From an uncultured Alphaproteobacteria bacterium (GTDB lineage: Bacteria; Pseudomonadota; Alphaproteobacteria; Reyranellales; Reyranellaceae), in assembly GCA_963797365.1 (NCBI GenBank), contig CAWCPC010000007.1, positions 48,130-112,129 on the forward strand: a DNA stretch of 64,000 nt, given 5' to 3'. The position numbers were made by a program, and so were the translations under genes. The notes below the pieces were generated by a model that made no database searches, had not been told where the DNA came from, and saw only the letters and a program-made list of their open reading frames with translations. Of this stretch, positions 19,338 through 29,239 are shown piece by piece. Each line of letters starts with the position of its first letter. Positions within the stretch are counted from its first letter, which is position 1.

Positions 19338-20179
19338 GCGAGGTCTGCCATCCAGGCGGGGTCGCGCTGCAATTGCGGCAGTTCCGCGCGACGATGACCG
19401 AGCTGGGGAAGAGCTGCGAGCAGGCCGCGCGTGTAGGGATGCGTCGCCTCGGACAGCTTTCCGGCCTCGCAGGTCTCCAGCACCTGGCCGGCATACATCA
19501 CCAGTACGCGGTCGCAAAACGAGGAGACCAGATGAAGGTTGTGGCTGATCAGGAGCAGGCCCATGCCGCGGCTGCGCACCAGCTCGTCGAGGATGGCCAG
19601 CACCTGGGTCTGCACGGTGACGTCCAGCGCCGACGTGGGTTCGTCGGCGATTAGGATGTCGGGGCCCGCGATCAGCATCATGGCGATCATCACCCGCTGG
19701 CCCATGCCGCCGGAGACCTGGTGCGGATACATCGTATAGACCCGCTCGGGGTCGCGGATATGCACGGCTTCCAACATCTCCAGCGACGCGCGCCTGGCGT
19801 CACGCTTGCTGCTGCGCAGATGACTGCGGTGCGTCTCGGCGATCTGCTGGCCAACGGACATCACCGGGTCGAGCGAGTATTTCGGGTCCTGCAGCACCAT
19901 GGCGATGCGCTGCCCTCGCAGCTTGCGGAAGCCGCGTTCTGACAGGCCGCGCAAGTCCGTGTCGCCCAGTCGCAATTCGTCCGCCTGGATGCGGCCCGGG
20001 TGACCGACGAGGCCCATGATGGCCCGCCCCGTCGTCGATTTGCCGGAACCGCTTTCGCCAACGATACCCAGACGCTCCCGGCCCAAGGTGAAGCTCACGT
20101 TTCGCACGGCGCGGACCTCGCCGTCGTCGCCGGGATAGGTGACGCTGAGGTTGCGTACGGTGAGCAGCGTGTCCGTCAT
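19334..20179 (-). CDS. ABC transporter ATP-binding protein (DppD/OppD-like)
   Basis: Walker A GESGSGKST; signature VSGGMGQRV. Confidence 0.9.
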   Translation of the reverse strand: MTDTLLTVRNLSVTYPGDDGEVRAVRNVSFTLGRERLGIVGESGSGKSTTGRAIMGLVGHPGRIQADELRLGDTDLRGLSERGFRKLRGQRIAMVLQDPKYSLDPVMSVGQQIAETHRSHLRSSKRDARRASLEMLEAVHIRDPERVYTMYPHQVSGGMGQRVMIAMMLIAGPDILIADEPTSALDVTVQTQVLAILDELVRSRGMGLLLISHNLHLVSSFCDRVLVMYAGQVLETCEAGKLSEATHPYTRGLLAALPQLGHRRAELPQLQRDPAWMADLA

Positions 20180-21069
20180 GACCTTGCGTCGCCCGCGTCG
20201 CGCAGTCCGTCGCCCAGCAGGTTAAAGCCCAGGCTGACGATGAAGATGGCCAGTCCCGGGATGGTCGCGACCCACCACTGGTCGAGCAGGACCTGGCGGC
20301 CGGAGGAGACCATCGCTCCCCATTCGGGCGCCGGCGGCTGCGCGCCCAATCCGAGAAAGCCAAGCCCCGCGGCGGTGAGGATGATGCCGGCCATGTCCAG
20401 GGTCAGGCGGATGATCACGCTCGGCAGGCAGAGCGGCACGATCTGGGTCGCGATGATGCGCAGCGCCGAGGCGCCTTGCAGCTCCGCGGCCTGGATGAAC
20501 TCGGCCCGCCGACTGGTCAACGTCTCGGCGCGGGCGAGGCGGGCATAGGGCGGCCAGGCGGTGAGTGCGATGGCGATCACCGCATTCTCGATTCCCGGGC
20601 CGAGGGCCGCGGCGAAGGCCAGCGCCAACACCAGTCGCGGGAAAGCCAGGAATATGTCGGTGATGCGCATCAGCACCTTGTCGACCACGCCGCCGAAATA
20701 TCCGGCGGGCAGGCCGATGGCGAGGCCGACGGGCACCACGATCACAGCCACCATGGCCACGATGGTGAGCGTGATTCGCGAGCCGAAGACCACGCGGGCG
20801 AAGATGTCCCGCCCCAGCTCGTCGGTGCCGAACAGATGATGCCAGCTCGCCGGCTGCAACCGATTCCCCAGGTCCTGCAAGGTCGTGGCCTGCCGATCCG
20901 CGATCAACGGCGCGAAGATCGCCATCAGCACCAGCAGCAGCACGATGCCGAGCCCGGTCATCGCGAGCCCGTTGCGGCAGAAGCCGAGCCAGGCGCGGAA
21001 CCAGCGGCCGCAGCGCGCCTGCGTGCGGCTGGCGGGCGCGGGACTCAGCAGCCAGGCCCGCGTTGCCAT
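20176..21069 (-). CDS. ABC transporter permease (DppC-like)
   Basis: Multi-TM protein with an EAA-like loop. ATG at 21067-21069 overlaps the upstream stop. Confidence 0.9.
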   Translation of the reverse strand: MATRAWLLSPAPASRTQARCGRWFRAWLGFCRNGLAMTGLGIVLLLVLMAIFAPLIADRQATTLQDLGNRLQPASWHHLFGTDELGRDIFARVVFGSRITLTIVAMVAVIVVPVGLAIGLPAGYFGGVVDKVLMRITDIFLAFPRLVLALAFAAALGPGIENAVIAIALTAWPPYARLARAETLTSRRAEFIQAAELQGASALRIIATQIVPLCLPSVIIRLTLDMAGIILTAAGLGFLGLGAQPPAPEWGAMVSSGRQVLLDQWWVATIPGLAIFIVSLGFNLLGDGLRDAGDARS

Positions 21070-22130
21070 CACTGATCCCTCGCGCGCGGGTCGACCAGCG
21101 GGTAGATCAGGTCGGACAGCATGTTCAGCGTGATAAAGACCACGCCCACCAGCACTGTGCCGCCAAGCACGGCGTTGAGGTCGGCGTTGAACAGGGAATT
21201 CTTCACGTAGAGGCCGAGGCCCGGCCAGGCGAACACCGTCTCGGTTAGCACGGCGCCCTCGAGCAGGTTGCCGAAGGTGAGCGCAATGACGGTGACCAAC
21301 TGCACCCAGACATTGCCCAGCGCATGCACCCAGACGACGCGCCAGGGCGAGAGGCCTTTGGCCAGGGTCGCCAGCACATATTCCTGCCGCAACTGACTCA
21401 GCATGAAGCTGCGCGTCATGCGCGCGATGTAGGCGAGCGACAAGTAGCCGAGGATGGAGGCGGGCAGCAGCAGGTGCGAGAGCGCGTTCCAGAACACCTC
21501 GTATTCGCCCGCCAGCAGGCTGTCGACGGTGATCAGGCCGGTGACCTGGGGCACGATGTCATCGAAGGCGACATCCAGCCGGCCCGGCCCGCCGGCCCAG
21601 CCGAGCACGGCGTAGAACAGCAGCAGGCCGACCAGGCCAAGCCAGAACACTGGCATGGAATAGCCGAACAGGGACAAGAGGCGGATCACCTGGTCCTGCC
21701 ACCGGCCGCGATGGGTTGCGGCTACCACGCCCATCGGGATGCCGATGACGACGCCGATAAACAAAGCTGGAATCGCCAGTTCAAGAGTGGCGGGAAACAC
21801 CTGCAGCAGGTCCTGCAGCACCGGGTGCGAGGTGATGACGGAATTGCCGAAATCGCCGTGCACCACCTTCATCAGGTAGCGCCAATACTGAACCGGCAGG
21901 GGCAGGTCGAGCCCGATCTCGGCCCGCACCCGCGCATAGGTCTCCGGTGGGGCCTTGTCGCCGACGATGGCCAGCACCGGATCGATCGGAATGACCCGGC
22001 CGATGAAGAAAGTGACGCAGGTGAGCCCAAGGAAGGTGAGCGCGACCGAAAACAGGCTACCCGCGACCCGATTGGCCAAGCCCCAGGCGCGAGCGCCCGA
22101 GGTTCCTCTCTGTGTGGCCGCGTCACTCAA
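21069..22130 (-). CDS. ABC transporter permease (DppB-like)
   Basis: 353 aa, multi-TM. TTG start lies 4 nt after the SBP stop. Confidence 0.85.
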   Translation of the reverse strand: MSDAATQRGTSGARAWGLANRVAGSLFSVALTFLGLTCVTFFIGRVIPIDPVLAIVGDKAPPETYARVRAEIGLDLPLPVQYWRYLMKVVHGDFGNSVITSHPVLQDLLQVFPATLELAIPALFIGVVIGIPMGVVAATHRGRWQDQVIRLLSLFGYSMPVFWLGLVGLLLFYAVLGWAGGPGRLDVAFDDIVPQVTGLITVDSLLAGEYEVFWNALSHLLLPASILGYLSLAYIARMTRSFMLSQLRQEYVLATLAKGLSPWRVVWVHALGNVWVQLVTVIALTFGNLLEGAVLTETVFAWPGLGLYVKNSLFNADLNAVLGGTVLVGVVFITLNMLSDLIYPLVDPRARDQ

Positions 22131-22134
22131 CGTG

Positions 22135-23733
22135 TCAGGACTTCCGGATGTTGCGGAAGTAACTCAGGTCTCCGGAGATACCGGGATTGTATCCGGTCGT
22201 TGTCGCGCGCCGCGCGACCTGGATGTTGTTCTGGAACATGAAGATATACGGGCCCTCGTCCGTCACCTTCTTTTGCAGCACGGCGTATTGCTCGGCGCGC
22301 TTGGCGGTGTCGAGCTCCCGTGCGGCCGCCAGCATGTCCTTGGTGATGTCGGGGATGAACCACTTGTTGCGCCAGGCGATCGGCTTGATCTTCGGCGTGT
22401 CGGAGTTGTCGTCATTGTGCACGAAGCTGTCGGCGTTGGTGTGCGGGTCGAAATAGTCGGGGCCCCAGGAGAGCATGGCGATCTGATGCGAGCGGGCGCG
22501 GTACTGGCCGATCACCGCCTTCAGCTCCATCGGCTCGATCGACACTTTGATGCCGGCCTGGCCCATGGTTTGCTGCACCGATTGCGAGATCTCGGTCCAA
22601 GGCGAGACGTTGGGCGCGGCCATCTTCACCGCGAAGCCGTCCGGGAAGCCCGCTTCGGCCAGCAGCGCCCTGGCCTTCGCCACGTCGAGCTTGAAGGGCG
22701 TGTAGGCGATGGCGCCGAAGAAGCCGATCGGCAGGAAGCTCTGCTGGACGAAGAAGCGGCCCGCCAGGAAGCTCTTCACCATGCCGTCATAGTCCACCAG
22801 CATCTTCATCGCCTGGCGCACCTTGGGGTTGGCCAGCGGCTCGTAGCCCAGGTTCAGGCCCATGTAGAAGGTGTTGGCGGCCTTGAAGGATTCGACCTTG
22901 ATGTCCGGATTGCCGGCCAGCGGCTTGATCTGATCCGGTGTCAGGTCGCGGGCGAAGTCGGCGTCGGCTTTCTCGAGCAGCAGGCGCTGCGAGGCCGGCT
23001 CCGGGACATGGCGGATGACCACGCGCTTCATCGGCGGGGCGCCCAGGCGGAAGTTGGGGTTGGCCTCCAGGGTGACGCTTTCGTTGGCCTTCCACGACAC
23101 CAGCTTGAACGCGCCGGACGCCGCCGAGTTGGTCTTCAGCCAGCCGTTCCCCAAGTCGCCGTTGGTCTCGTGCTCCAGCGCCACCTTCTTCTCCACCACG
23201 GAGGCGACGATGGAGGTCATCAGGCTGAGCACCAGGGAGGGTGCGAGATCGGCGGTGATCGTGAAGGTCAGCGTATCGCCGCTCGCCTTCACCATGTCCT
23301 TGACGTTGGCCTTCGACCAGCCGAGCTGAGTGATGAGGAAGGCCGGTGTCTTGGCGTTCAGCACGACGCGCTGCAGAGAAAACTCTGCGTCCTCCGCCGT
23401 CACCGGCGCACCCGAGTGGAACTTGAGGTTCGGGCGGATCTTGAAGATGAAGGTCTTGCCGTCCGGCGACACGGTCCAGGATTCGGCGACGCCGCCGACC
23501 AGCTTGCTCATGTCCTCCGCTTCGAAGCGCAGCAGCCGGTCGTAGACGTTCGTGGCGATTTCCCCGCCGGAGATTTCGTAGCTCTCGCCGGGATCGAGGG
23601 AGATGAGGTCGTCGATTTGCTTCGCGAAGACGGCGGTGTCCTTGGGGACGGCGGCGTCGACAACGCGCACCCAGCCGGCGAAAGGCGCGACGGCGGTTCC
23701 GGCCAGCAACAGGCGCCTGGTCACTTTGGTCAT
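22135..23733 (-). CDS. ABC transporter substrate-binding protein (family 5, peptide/nickel type)
   Basis: 532 aa with a signal-like N-terminus. First gene of a five-gene Dpp-type operon. Confidence 0.9.
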   Translation of the reverse strand: MTKVTRRLLLAGTAVAPFAGWVRVVDAAVPKDTAVFAKQIDDLISLDPGESYEISGGEIATNVYDRLLRFEAEDMSKLVGGVAESWTVSPDGKTFIFKIRPNLKFHSGAPVTAEDAEFSLQRVVLNAKTPAFLITQLGWSKANVKDMVKASGDTLTFTITADLAPSLVLSLMTSIVASVVEKKVALEHETNGDLGNGWLKTNSAASGAFKLVSWKANESVTLEANPNFRLGAPPMKRVVIRHVPEPASQRLLLEKADADFARDLTPDQIKPLAGNPDIKVESFKAANTFYMGLNLGYEPLANPKVRQAMKMLVDYDGMVKSFLAGRFFVQQSFLPIGFFGAIAYTPFKLDVAKARALLAEAGFPDGFAVKMAAPNVSPWTEISQSVQQTMGQAGIKVSIEPMELKAVIGQYRARSHQIAMLSWGPDYFDPHTNADSFVHNDDNSDTPKIKPIAWRNKWFIPDITKDMLAAARELDTAKRAEQYAVLQKKVTDEGPYIFMFQNNIQVARRATTTGYNPGISGDLSYFRNIRKS

Positions 23734-23876
23734 GGCGAGCTCCCCTCTTGTTTCACGATCGGGCTGCAGTATGCAGCATACGGGCCGTATGCCGCGATAG
23801 GGCTGCGTACGCCTGCCGAGGCAGCACGAGTAGTGGTGGCGTTTCTCCGGTGCCTCGATGCCGGCCTTGGATCAGT

Positions 23877-24767
23877 TCAAAGCCCCCTGGATACTCCAAC
23901 TGCGATTTCGAATTGCTTCGTTGTGCCGGGCTGTACGAGGGTCATTCCAGGCTTATCCTTGAGCTCGCCGTCAAACTCTTCCGGACTCGCATATCCTTGC
24001 CAAGGCTCGATGCACACGAAGCCCGCTCCGGGTTTCGACCAAATGCCGAGATGCGGCATGCTATCAAATCGCACCTCGACCGATGGCCCCGTCGACGCTC
24101 GATAAGTGACGCATCTGCTGTTCAGGCGATCGAATATCAAAGCATCCTTGATGAACAGCGCATCTGTCAGAGCGAGCTTCCTGTCGTGCACGGGAGACGG
24201 TATTGGATCTGCAGCAAGCAAGGCGCCGGCAAGGCGGCGGATCGGTTTATCTTCAGGTTTCTCAAAGGAGACAGCGTAAGCCTCCTTTGCCACTCCAGGC
24301 ACCAAGGGCCACCTGAACGCAGGATGGAAGCCCAAGGACGCGGGCATCACGTCCTCTCCGTGGTTCGTTACCTCGGCCCGCACATGCAACTGACGCCCGA
24401 CGATTTCGTAGTGAATGTCGAGCGCAAACTCGAAGGGATAGTGCGCTCTCGTTTGATCGTTGGCGCGGAGTTGAAAACTGCACCGTGTTTTTTCGGCTTT
24501 TACGACGTCGAACGTCGATCCGCGGGCAAAGCCATGTCGCCCGATGGGATATGACCTGCCGTTCACCTTCAGGGCATTCCCACGCACCTCGCCGACAATC
24601 GGAAAGAGGATCGGTGCATGGCTCGGCCACCAGGCCGGGTCACCGTTCCACAGGTAGTCAAAGCCGTCAGAACCACGGAGGCTCGCCAATTCGGCCCCGA
24701 GGCTCGATATCGTCGCCTGCAATTCGGCGCTTTCAATCGAGATGCGTTGCGCACGTCCATCGTCCAT
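23877..24767 (-). CDS. aldose 1-epimerase family protein
   Basis: 296 aa with ILFPIVGEV...GRHGFAR... motifs typical of the aldose epimerase superfamily. Confidence 0.8.
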   Translation of the reverse strand: MDDGRAQRISIESAELQATISSLGAELASLRGSDGFDYLWNGDPAWWPSHAPILFPIVGEVRGNALKVNGRSYPIGRHGFARGSTFDVVKAEKTRCSFQLRANDQTRAHYPFEFALDIHYEIVGRQLHVRAEVTNHGEDVMPASLGFHPAFRWPLVPGVAKEAYAVSFEKPEDKPIRRLAGALLAADPIPSPVHDRKLALTDALFIKDALIFDRLNSRCVTYRASTGPSVEVRFDSMPHLGIWSKPGAGFVCIEPWQGYASPEEFDGELKDKPGMTLVQPGTTKQFEIAVGVSRGL

Positions 24768-24775
24768 GTTCTTGC

Positions 24776-26038
24776 CTATTGTGCAGCGTTGTCTGGATCG
24801 GTTGCGGGGATACCGGGTTCTGATCGCGAACCGCCCTGAGCTTGGGCTGCCATCCGCTGCCTGGTCACCGCCATGGCAGCCTCAGCGACCTTGTTACCCT
24901 GGACCTTCGCCGCGATCGCAGCGCTCAGTCCGGCCATCAGCTCGACCTTGTTTGCTGCCAGATACTCGGCCGACGCCTTGAGGTTGCGGGTGTGTCCATT
25001 GATCTCGGGAATGACGTAGCGGGCAAACAGCTCCCACGAGCGCAAGGTCGCTTCGTGATTCGCCCAGTCGTGCGCGAACCCCAGCACGACGCCGAACCCA
25101 CCGGTAACCTCCTGCAGAGCGCGAATCGTCTTGACCATCTCGTCGGGCGTGCCGATGACCGACGTGCCGACCGCGTTGCCGATGCCGGTCGTTCGCGCCA
25201 GAAGCTCCCATTTGTCTACGAAATGGGTGGAACCAGGCCGGCCGAGAACGCGGACATTGTACTCGTTGTGCCAGTGCTGAAGGCCGTCCACCGCCTCCTG
25301 CTCGGCCTGCTTCTTCGACTCGGCGAGGTGCCAGGCCATCACCACACGCCAGTTCTTCCGGTCGACCTTTTGATCATGTTTCTTCGCCGACTCTTCGGCG
25401 AACGACCACTGGGTCGGCAGTGCCTGCAGGCCTTCTTGCGAGGTCGAGGCGATGGACAACACGCCCATGCCGTACTTTCCGGCAAGCTGCATGCCCGATG
25501 GACTGATCGAGGAAGCGGCCGCCATTGGCAGTTCTTCTTGATAGGGTAGAATCTGGAGCTGCGCCTCGTTGAGCTGGAACCATTCGCCCTGGTAGGTGAT
25601 GCGCTCGCCGGCGAAGAGCCGCTTCAGGACACCGATGGCTTCGTCCTGGCGGTCGCGCAGGAGCATGTAGTCGATGCCGAACGTCCGCGCGTCGGAGGGC
25701 AAGGCGCCGGGGCCGGTGCCGAAAATCACGCGCCCAAAGGTCATATGGTCGAGCTGTACGATGCGCTGCGCGACGTTGAAGGGGTGATGGTAGGGCAGTG
25801 AAACGACACCGGTGCCAAGCCTGATGCGCTTGGTGCGCTCGGCGGCCATGGCCAGGAACAGCTCGGGCGAGGCGATCATCTCCCAGCCGGAGGAGTGATG
25901 TTCGCCGCACCAGAACTCATCGAAGCCCAGTCTGTCGAGATGCTCGGCCAGTCCCAGGTCGCGCTGAAATTGCAGAGCCGGGTGCTCGCCGACCGGATGA
26001 TGCGGTGCCAGGAATGTGCCGAAACGGATACGCGCCAT
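24776..26038 (-). CDS. LLM-class flavin-dependent monooxygenase (LimB-like)
   Basis: 420 aa; RFGTFLAPHHP...FDEFWCGEHHS luciferase-like N-terminus. Confidence 0.85.
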   Translation of the reverse strand: MARIRFGTFLAPHHPVGEHPALQFQRDLGLAEHLDRLGFDEFWCGEHHSSGWEMIASPELFLAMAAERTKRIRLGTGVVSLPYHHPFNVAQRIVQLDHMTFGRVIFGTGPGALPSDARTFGIDYMLLRDRQDEAIGVLKRLFAGERITYQGEWFQLNEAQLQILPYQEELPMAAASSISPSGMQLAGKYGMGVLSIASTSQEGLQALPTQWSFAEESAKKHDQKVDRKNWRVVMAWHLAESKKQAEQEAVDGLQHWHNEYNVRVLGRPGSTHFVDKWELLARTTGIGNAVGTSVIGTPDEMVKTIRALQEVTGGFGVVLGFAHDWANHEATLRSWELFARYVIPEINGHTRNLKASAEYLAANKVELMAGLSAAIAAKVQGNKVAEAAMAVTRQRMAAQAQGGSRSEPGIPATDPDNAAQ

Positions 26039-26234
26039 CAGGATTCCTCGCTATGCAGTCAACGTTGCGCCACCGATGGGAACCAGATCCCGAAGAAGTC
26101 CAAACGCTACCGTGTCTGGGCCATTCAGGACAGGCCGCCATTCAGCATTCCGGTGGGACGCGCCACCAAGCGGACATGACGCGCGGGCGAGCCGCCGTCT
26201 ATGCTCTGACGGTAAACTGAGAGGAGACGACAGC

Positions 26235-26558
26235 ATGGCTTTCTACGAACTTCGCCAGTACTTCGTGCGGCCTGGCAAGATGAACGAGTGGGTGAAGATC
26301 ATGGAGGAGGAGATCATCCCGTTCCAGGTCTCCAAGGGCATGGTGATCTGCGGCAGCTTCCGCGGTGAGACGGACGACTCCGCCTATATCTGGATCCGCC
26401 GCTTCAACAGCGAGGCTGAACGTGAGGCGCAGTACAAGGCGGTGTACGAGACGGATCACTGGAAGACCAAGATTGCGCCGCGCGTGCCGGATTGCCTGGA
26501 CCGCGAAAAGATGAAGATCCAGCGCATCGTGCCGACGTTGCGGTCAACGATGCGGTAG
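26235..26558 (+). CDS. NIPSNAP-family protein
   Basis: Internal ATG at 26235 preceded by GAGGAG. MAFYELRQYFVRPGKMNEW is a typical NIPSNAP opening. Confidence 0.75.
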   Translation: MAFYELRQYFVRPGKMNEWVKIMEEEIIPFQVSKGMVICGSFRGETDDSAYIWIRRFNSEAEREAQYKAVYETDHWKTKIAPRVPDCLDREKMKIQRIVPTLRSTMR

Positions 26559-26623
26559 TCCCGGACGCGTGCGTGCTGCAGCGGCCACAAACCTACAAGA
26601 CGGCCTTCGGCGGAGGGTTACGA

Positions 26624-27904
26624 TCAGGGTTGGTATTTAAAGACCCTGCCGCCCTTCATCACGAACGCCATTTGGCGCAGCGCGGTCGCATCGGCAAGGT
26701 AGTCGCCGCGCATCGCCACTATGTCGGCCGTCATGCCAGGCGCAATCGTGCCGATCTCGCTGCCGAGATTGAGCGATTCTGCCGCGAGCGACGTCGCCGA
26801 GATGAGCGCTTGCATCGCATCCTGGCCGCCGAACTTGATGCGGTACAGCAGTCCTTCGGCATTGTGGCCGTGAGCGCCCGCGGTTGCATCGCTGCCATAG
26901 ACGATCTTCAGGCCTGGTACTTTAAGGGATCGGATGAATTCCTCCGGCGGTTTCGGATTGGCGATCAGCTTTTCCATCATCGCGAACGCCTCCGCCGTGT
27001 AGTTGCCGACGCCCAGGTACTTGGCCTTGTTGGCAACGTAGTTCTCGGTGACCACGCCAACTGTCGGATCGAAGAAGGTGCCTTTGGCCGCCATCAGGGC
27101 CAGAGCCTCATCGGTCATGCCGCCGGTGCCGTGCTCGATCGCCGTGCACCCCGCCTGGACCGCCATCTTCACAGCCGACGTATATGCGTGAACGACGCTG
27201 CGCAGGCCCTGGCTATTGCATTCGCCGCAAATGACGTCGAGCTGAGCTTGCGTGAGCGTGGGTCGCGACCCTTCGCGCACGCTCGTTGAGGCGAAGATCT
27301 TGATGGCGTTGGCACCGCGCGCCTTGAGATCGCGTACCATGGCCCGGAGCTCCGAGTCAGGCTGCACGGTCTGTCCGGGCTGATCGTAGCGGAACCATTG
27401 CAGCGAGGTCAGCAGTCGCGGCCCCGGCACCAGGTTGCGCGCCCAGGCCTCGCGTAAAGGGAGATCCCACGCGGTGCCCGGTCCCAGGCTCTGCACCGTC
27501 GTGAAGCCGGCCTCGAGCATGCGCACGCCGTTTTCCACGCCGAACAGGACCAACTCGGGCACGGGCTCGTCCTGTCCGACGAGCCGGTTGTCGATGAAGC
27601 GATCGTGGCTGAAGTGGTAGGTCACGTGAACGTGGGTGTCGATCAATCCCGGTGCCACGGTCAGGCCGCCGAGATCGTAGACTTGGGCTCCTTGTGGGAC
27701 CGGCCCACCAATGCGTTCGATTTTGTCGCCAGAGACGACGACCACGGTGTCTCGTAGCGTCCCGCCCTTGCCGTCGAGCAGGGTGGCGACCTTGAGAGCG
27801 ATCGGCCTCTTGGGCTGCGGCAGCTCCCATGCGAGCGGTGGCTTGTTCGCGATGCCCAACAGCGCCGCCGATGGGTGCGATTGCACTGACTTCATGCGCC
27901 TCAT
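26624..27904 (-). CDS. metal-dependent amidohydrolase (prolidase/imidazolonepropionase-like)
   Basis: APGLIDTHVHVTYH metal-binding motif. Start taken at ATG 27902-27904; 27895 is the alternative. Confidence 0.85.
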   Translation of the reverse strand: MRRMKSVQSHPSAALLGIANKPPLAWELPQPKRPIALKVATLLDGKGGTLRDTVVVVSGDKIERIGGPVPQGAQVYDLGGLTVAPGLIDTHVHVTYHFSHDRFIDNRLVGQDEPVPELVLFGVENGVRMLEAGFTTVQSLGPGTAWDLPLREAWARNLVPGPRLLTSLQWFRYDQPGQTVQPDSELRAMVRDLKARGANAIKIFASTSVREGSRPTLTQAQLDVICGECNSQGLRSVVHAYTSAVKMAVQAGCTAIEHGTGGMTDEALALMAAKGTFFDPTVGVVTENYVANKAKYLGVGNYTAEAFAMMEKLIANPKPPEEFIRSLKVPGLKIVYGSDATAGAHGHNAEGLLYRIKFGGQDAMQALISATSLAAESLNLGSEIGTIAPGMTADIVAMRGDYLADATALRQMAFVMKGGRVFKYQP

Positions 27905-27915
27905 CGCCTCCAAAG

Positions 27916-29049
27916 CTAGAAGATATTCTCGGGCGACACGCCAAGCATGACCTGACCGACTGTCTCGTAGTGCAGTATGCGCCCCTGGCCCTGTTGCGCG
28001 ACTGTGTCGATGTCGCGCAGACGGCGTTCGAACGGATTTTCCTCGAACACCGCCATCGAGCCGCAATCGTGAAACAGCGTATTGACGATCTCCCGTGACG
28101 ACTGAATGGCCCAGGTGGAGGCGAGGCGTAGGCGGGTACGCTGATCCAGGTCCATCTCGCCGCGTTCCTCGATCGTTTCCAACGCTTCGTCCGCCGCAGC
28201 GTGAAGGAAATAGCGCGCTGAGCGCCAGCTCGCCTCGGACTGCGCCACGTGGCTCTGGACGACGTTGTTCTCCACCATCGGTTTGCCCGCGCCACGGCGA
28301 GTCTTTTCCCGCGGCAGGCCCAAGAACGCGTCCATCGTGCCGCGGGCAATACCAAGTGCGACTCCACCGAACCCGATCGAGTAGAGCTGGTTACTGGTGA
28401 AACGGTAAAGTGGGCTGTCGCTCCGGCGGTCGCGCGGATCGTCGCGATAGATGGCGCGCTCGTGCGGAATGAACAGATCGTCGACAGAATACTCGTTGCT
28501 GGCCGTGCCGCGCAGTCCAAGTGTGTGCCAGATATCGTGGAACGTGGCGCTCGATTTGGGATACAGGAAGGTCTTCGTTTCCTTGGTGCCCGCCACCCGC
28601 AGATGCGCGCCAAGCCAAGTGGCGTTCTGACTGCCGCTCATGAAGCGCCATTTTCCAGTGATGCGGTACCCGCCTTCCACTGGTGTGGCTTCGTAGGGTG
28701 AACCGGGAGGTCCCCACGCGACGATTCCGTCCGGCCTCCCAAAGATCTCCTCGCAAATATTCGGCTGAAGATATGCGCTCGTGGTCGAGCAGCCGTTGCT
28801 TTGGCAGACCACCCACCCGGTGGATCCATCCCCATAGGCGAGCGCTTCGGTCACTTGGGCAAAGATCGAGGGTTTCAGCTCCATTCCGCCAACGGATTTC
28901 GTCTTCAGCATGGTGAAGAACCCGCCATCGATCAGGACTTTGACGACGGACTTGGTGAGTTCCCGGATTTCGTCGTTTTCGTCCGAGGCCGCGACGATCA
29001 GGGGCATGAGATCTCGCGCTTTCTGTACCTGCGGATGGACGGTCGGCAT
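27916..29049 (-). CDS. acyl-CoA dehydrogenase-fold flavin monooxygenase/oxidoreductase
   Basis: Internal ATG at 29047-29049 preceded by AGGAGA. Three-domain ACAD-like layout without an obvious CoA-type catalytic base. Confidence 0.75.
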   Translation of the reverse strand: MPTVHPQVQKARDLMPLIVAASDENDEIRELTKSVVKVLIDGGFFTMLKTKSVGGMELKPSIFAQVTEALAYGDGSTGWVVCQSNGCSTTSAYLQPNICEEIFGRPDGIVAWGPPGSPYEATPVEGGYRITGKWRFMSGSQNATWLGAHLRVAGTKETKTFLYPKSSATFHDIWHTLGLRGTASNEYSVDDLFIPHERAIYRDDPRDRRSDSPLYRFTSNQLYSIGFGGVALGIARGTMDAFLGLPREKTRRGAGKPMVENNVVQSHVAQSEASWRSARYFLHAAADEALETIEERGEMDLDQRTRLRLASTWAIQSSREIVNTLFHDCGSMAVFEENPFERRLRDIDTVAQQGQGRILHYETVGQVMLGVSPENIF

Positions 29050-29239
29050 GGTGTGTCTCCTGCTCCGCGAAAGCGCGGCCCGATTGATTACCGACGGGCC
29101 GGGCGCCCTGGTCAAGCGATGACCGCACAGGACGAAAGTCCGGACGAGGCGGTTGCCTCACCGGGCCGTGGTCGCTGGTGAGGGGCGGGATGAGGTTCTG
29201 GCGGAGGGCGAGCGGAGCTGGCCCTGCTATAGTTGGCCC

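Noticed and set aside
21955-24105. 716-aa plus-strand ORF
   Set aside because: Antisense to the DppB-like permease and the family 5 binding protein, with low-complexity R/G/A/D/H/V-rich composition.
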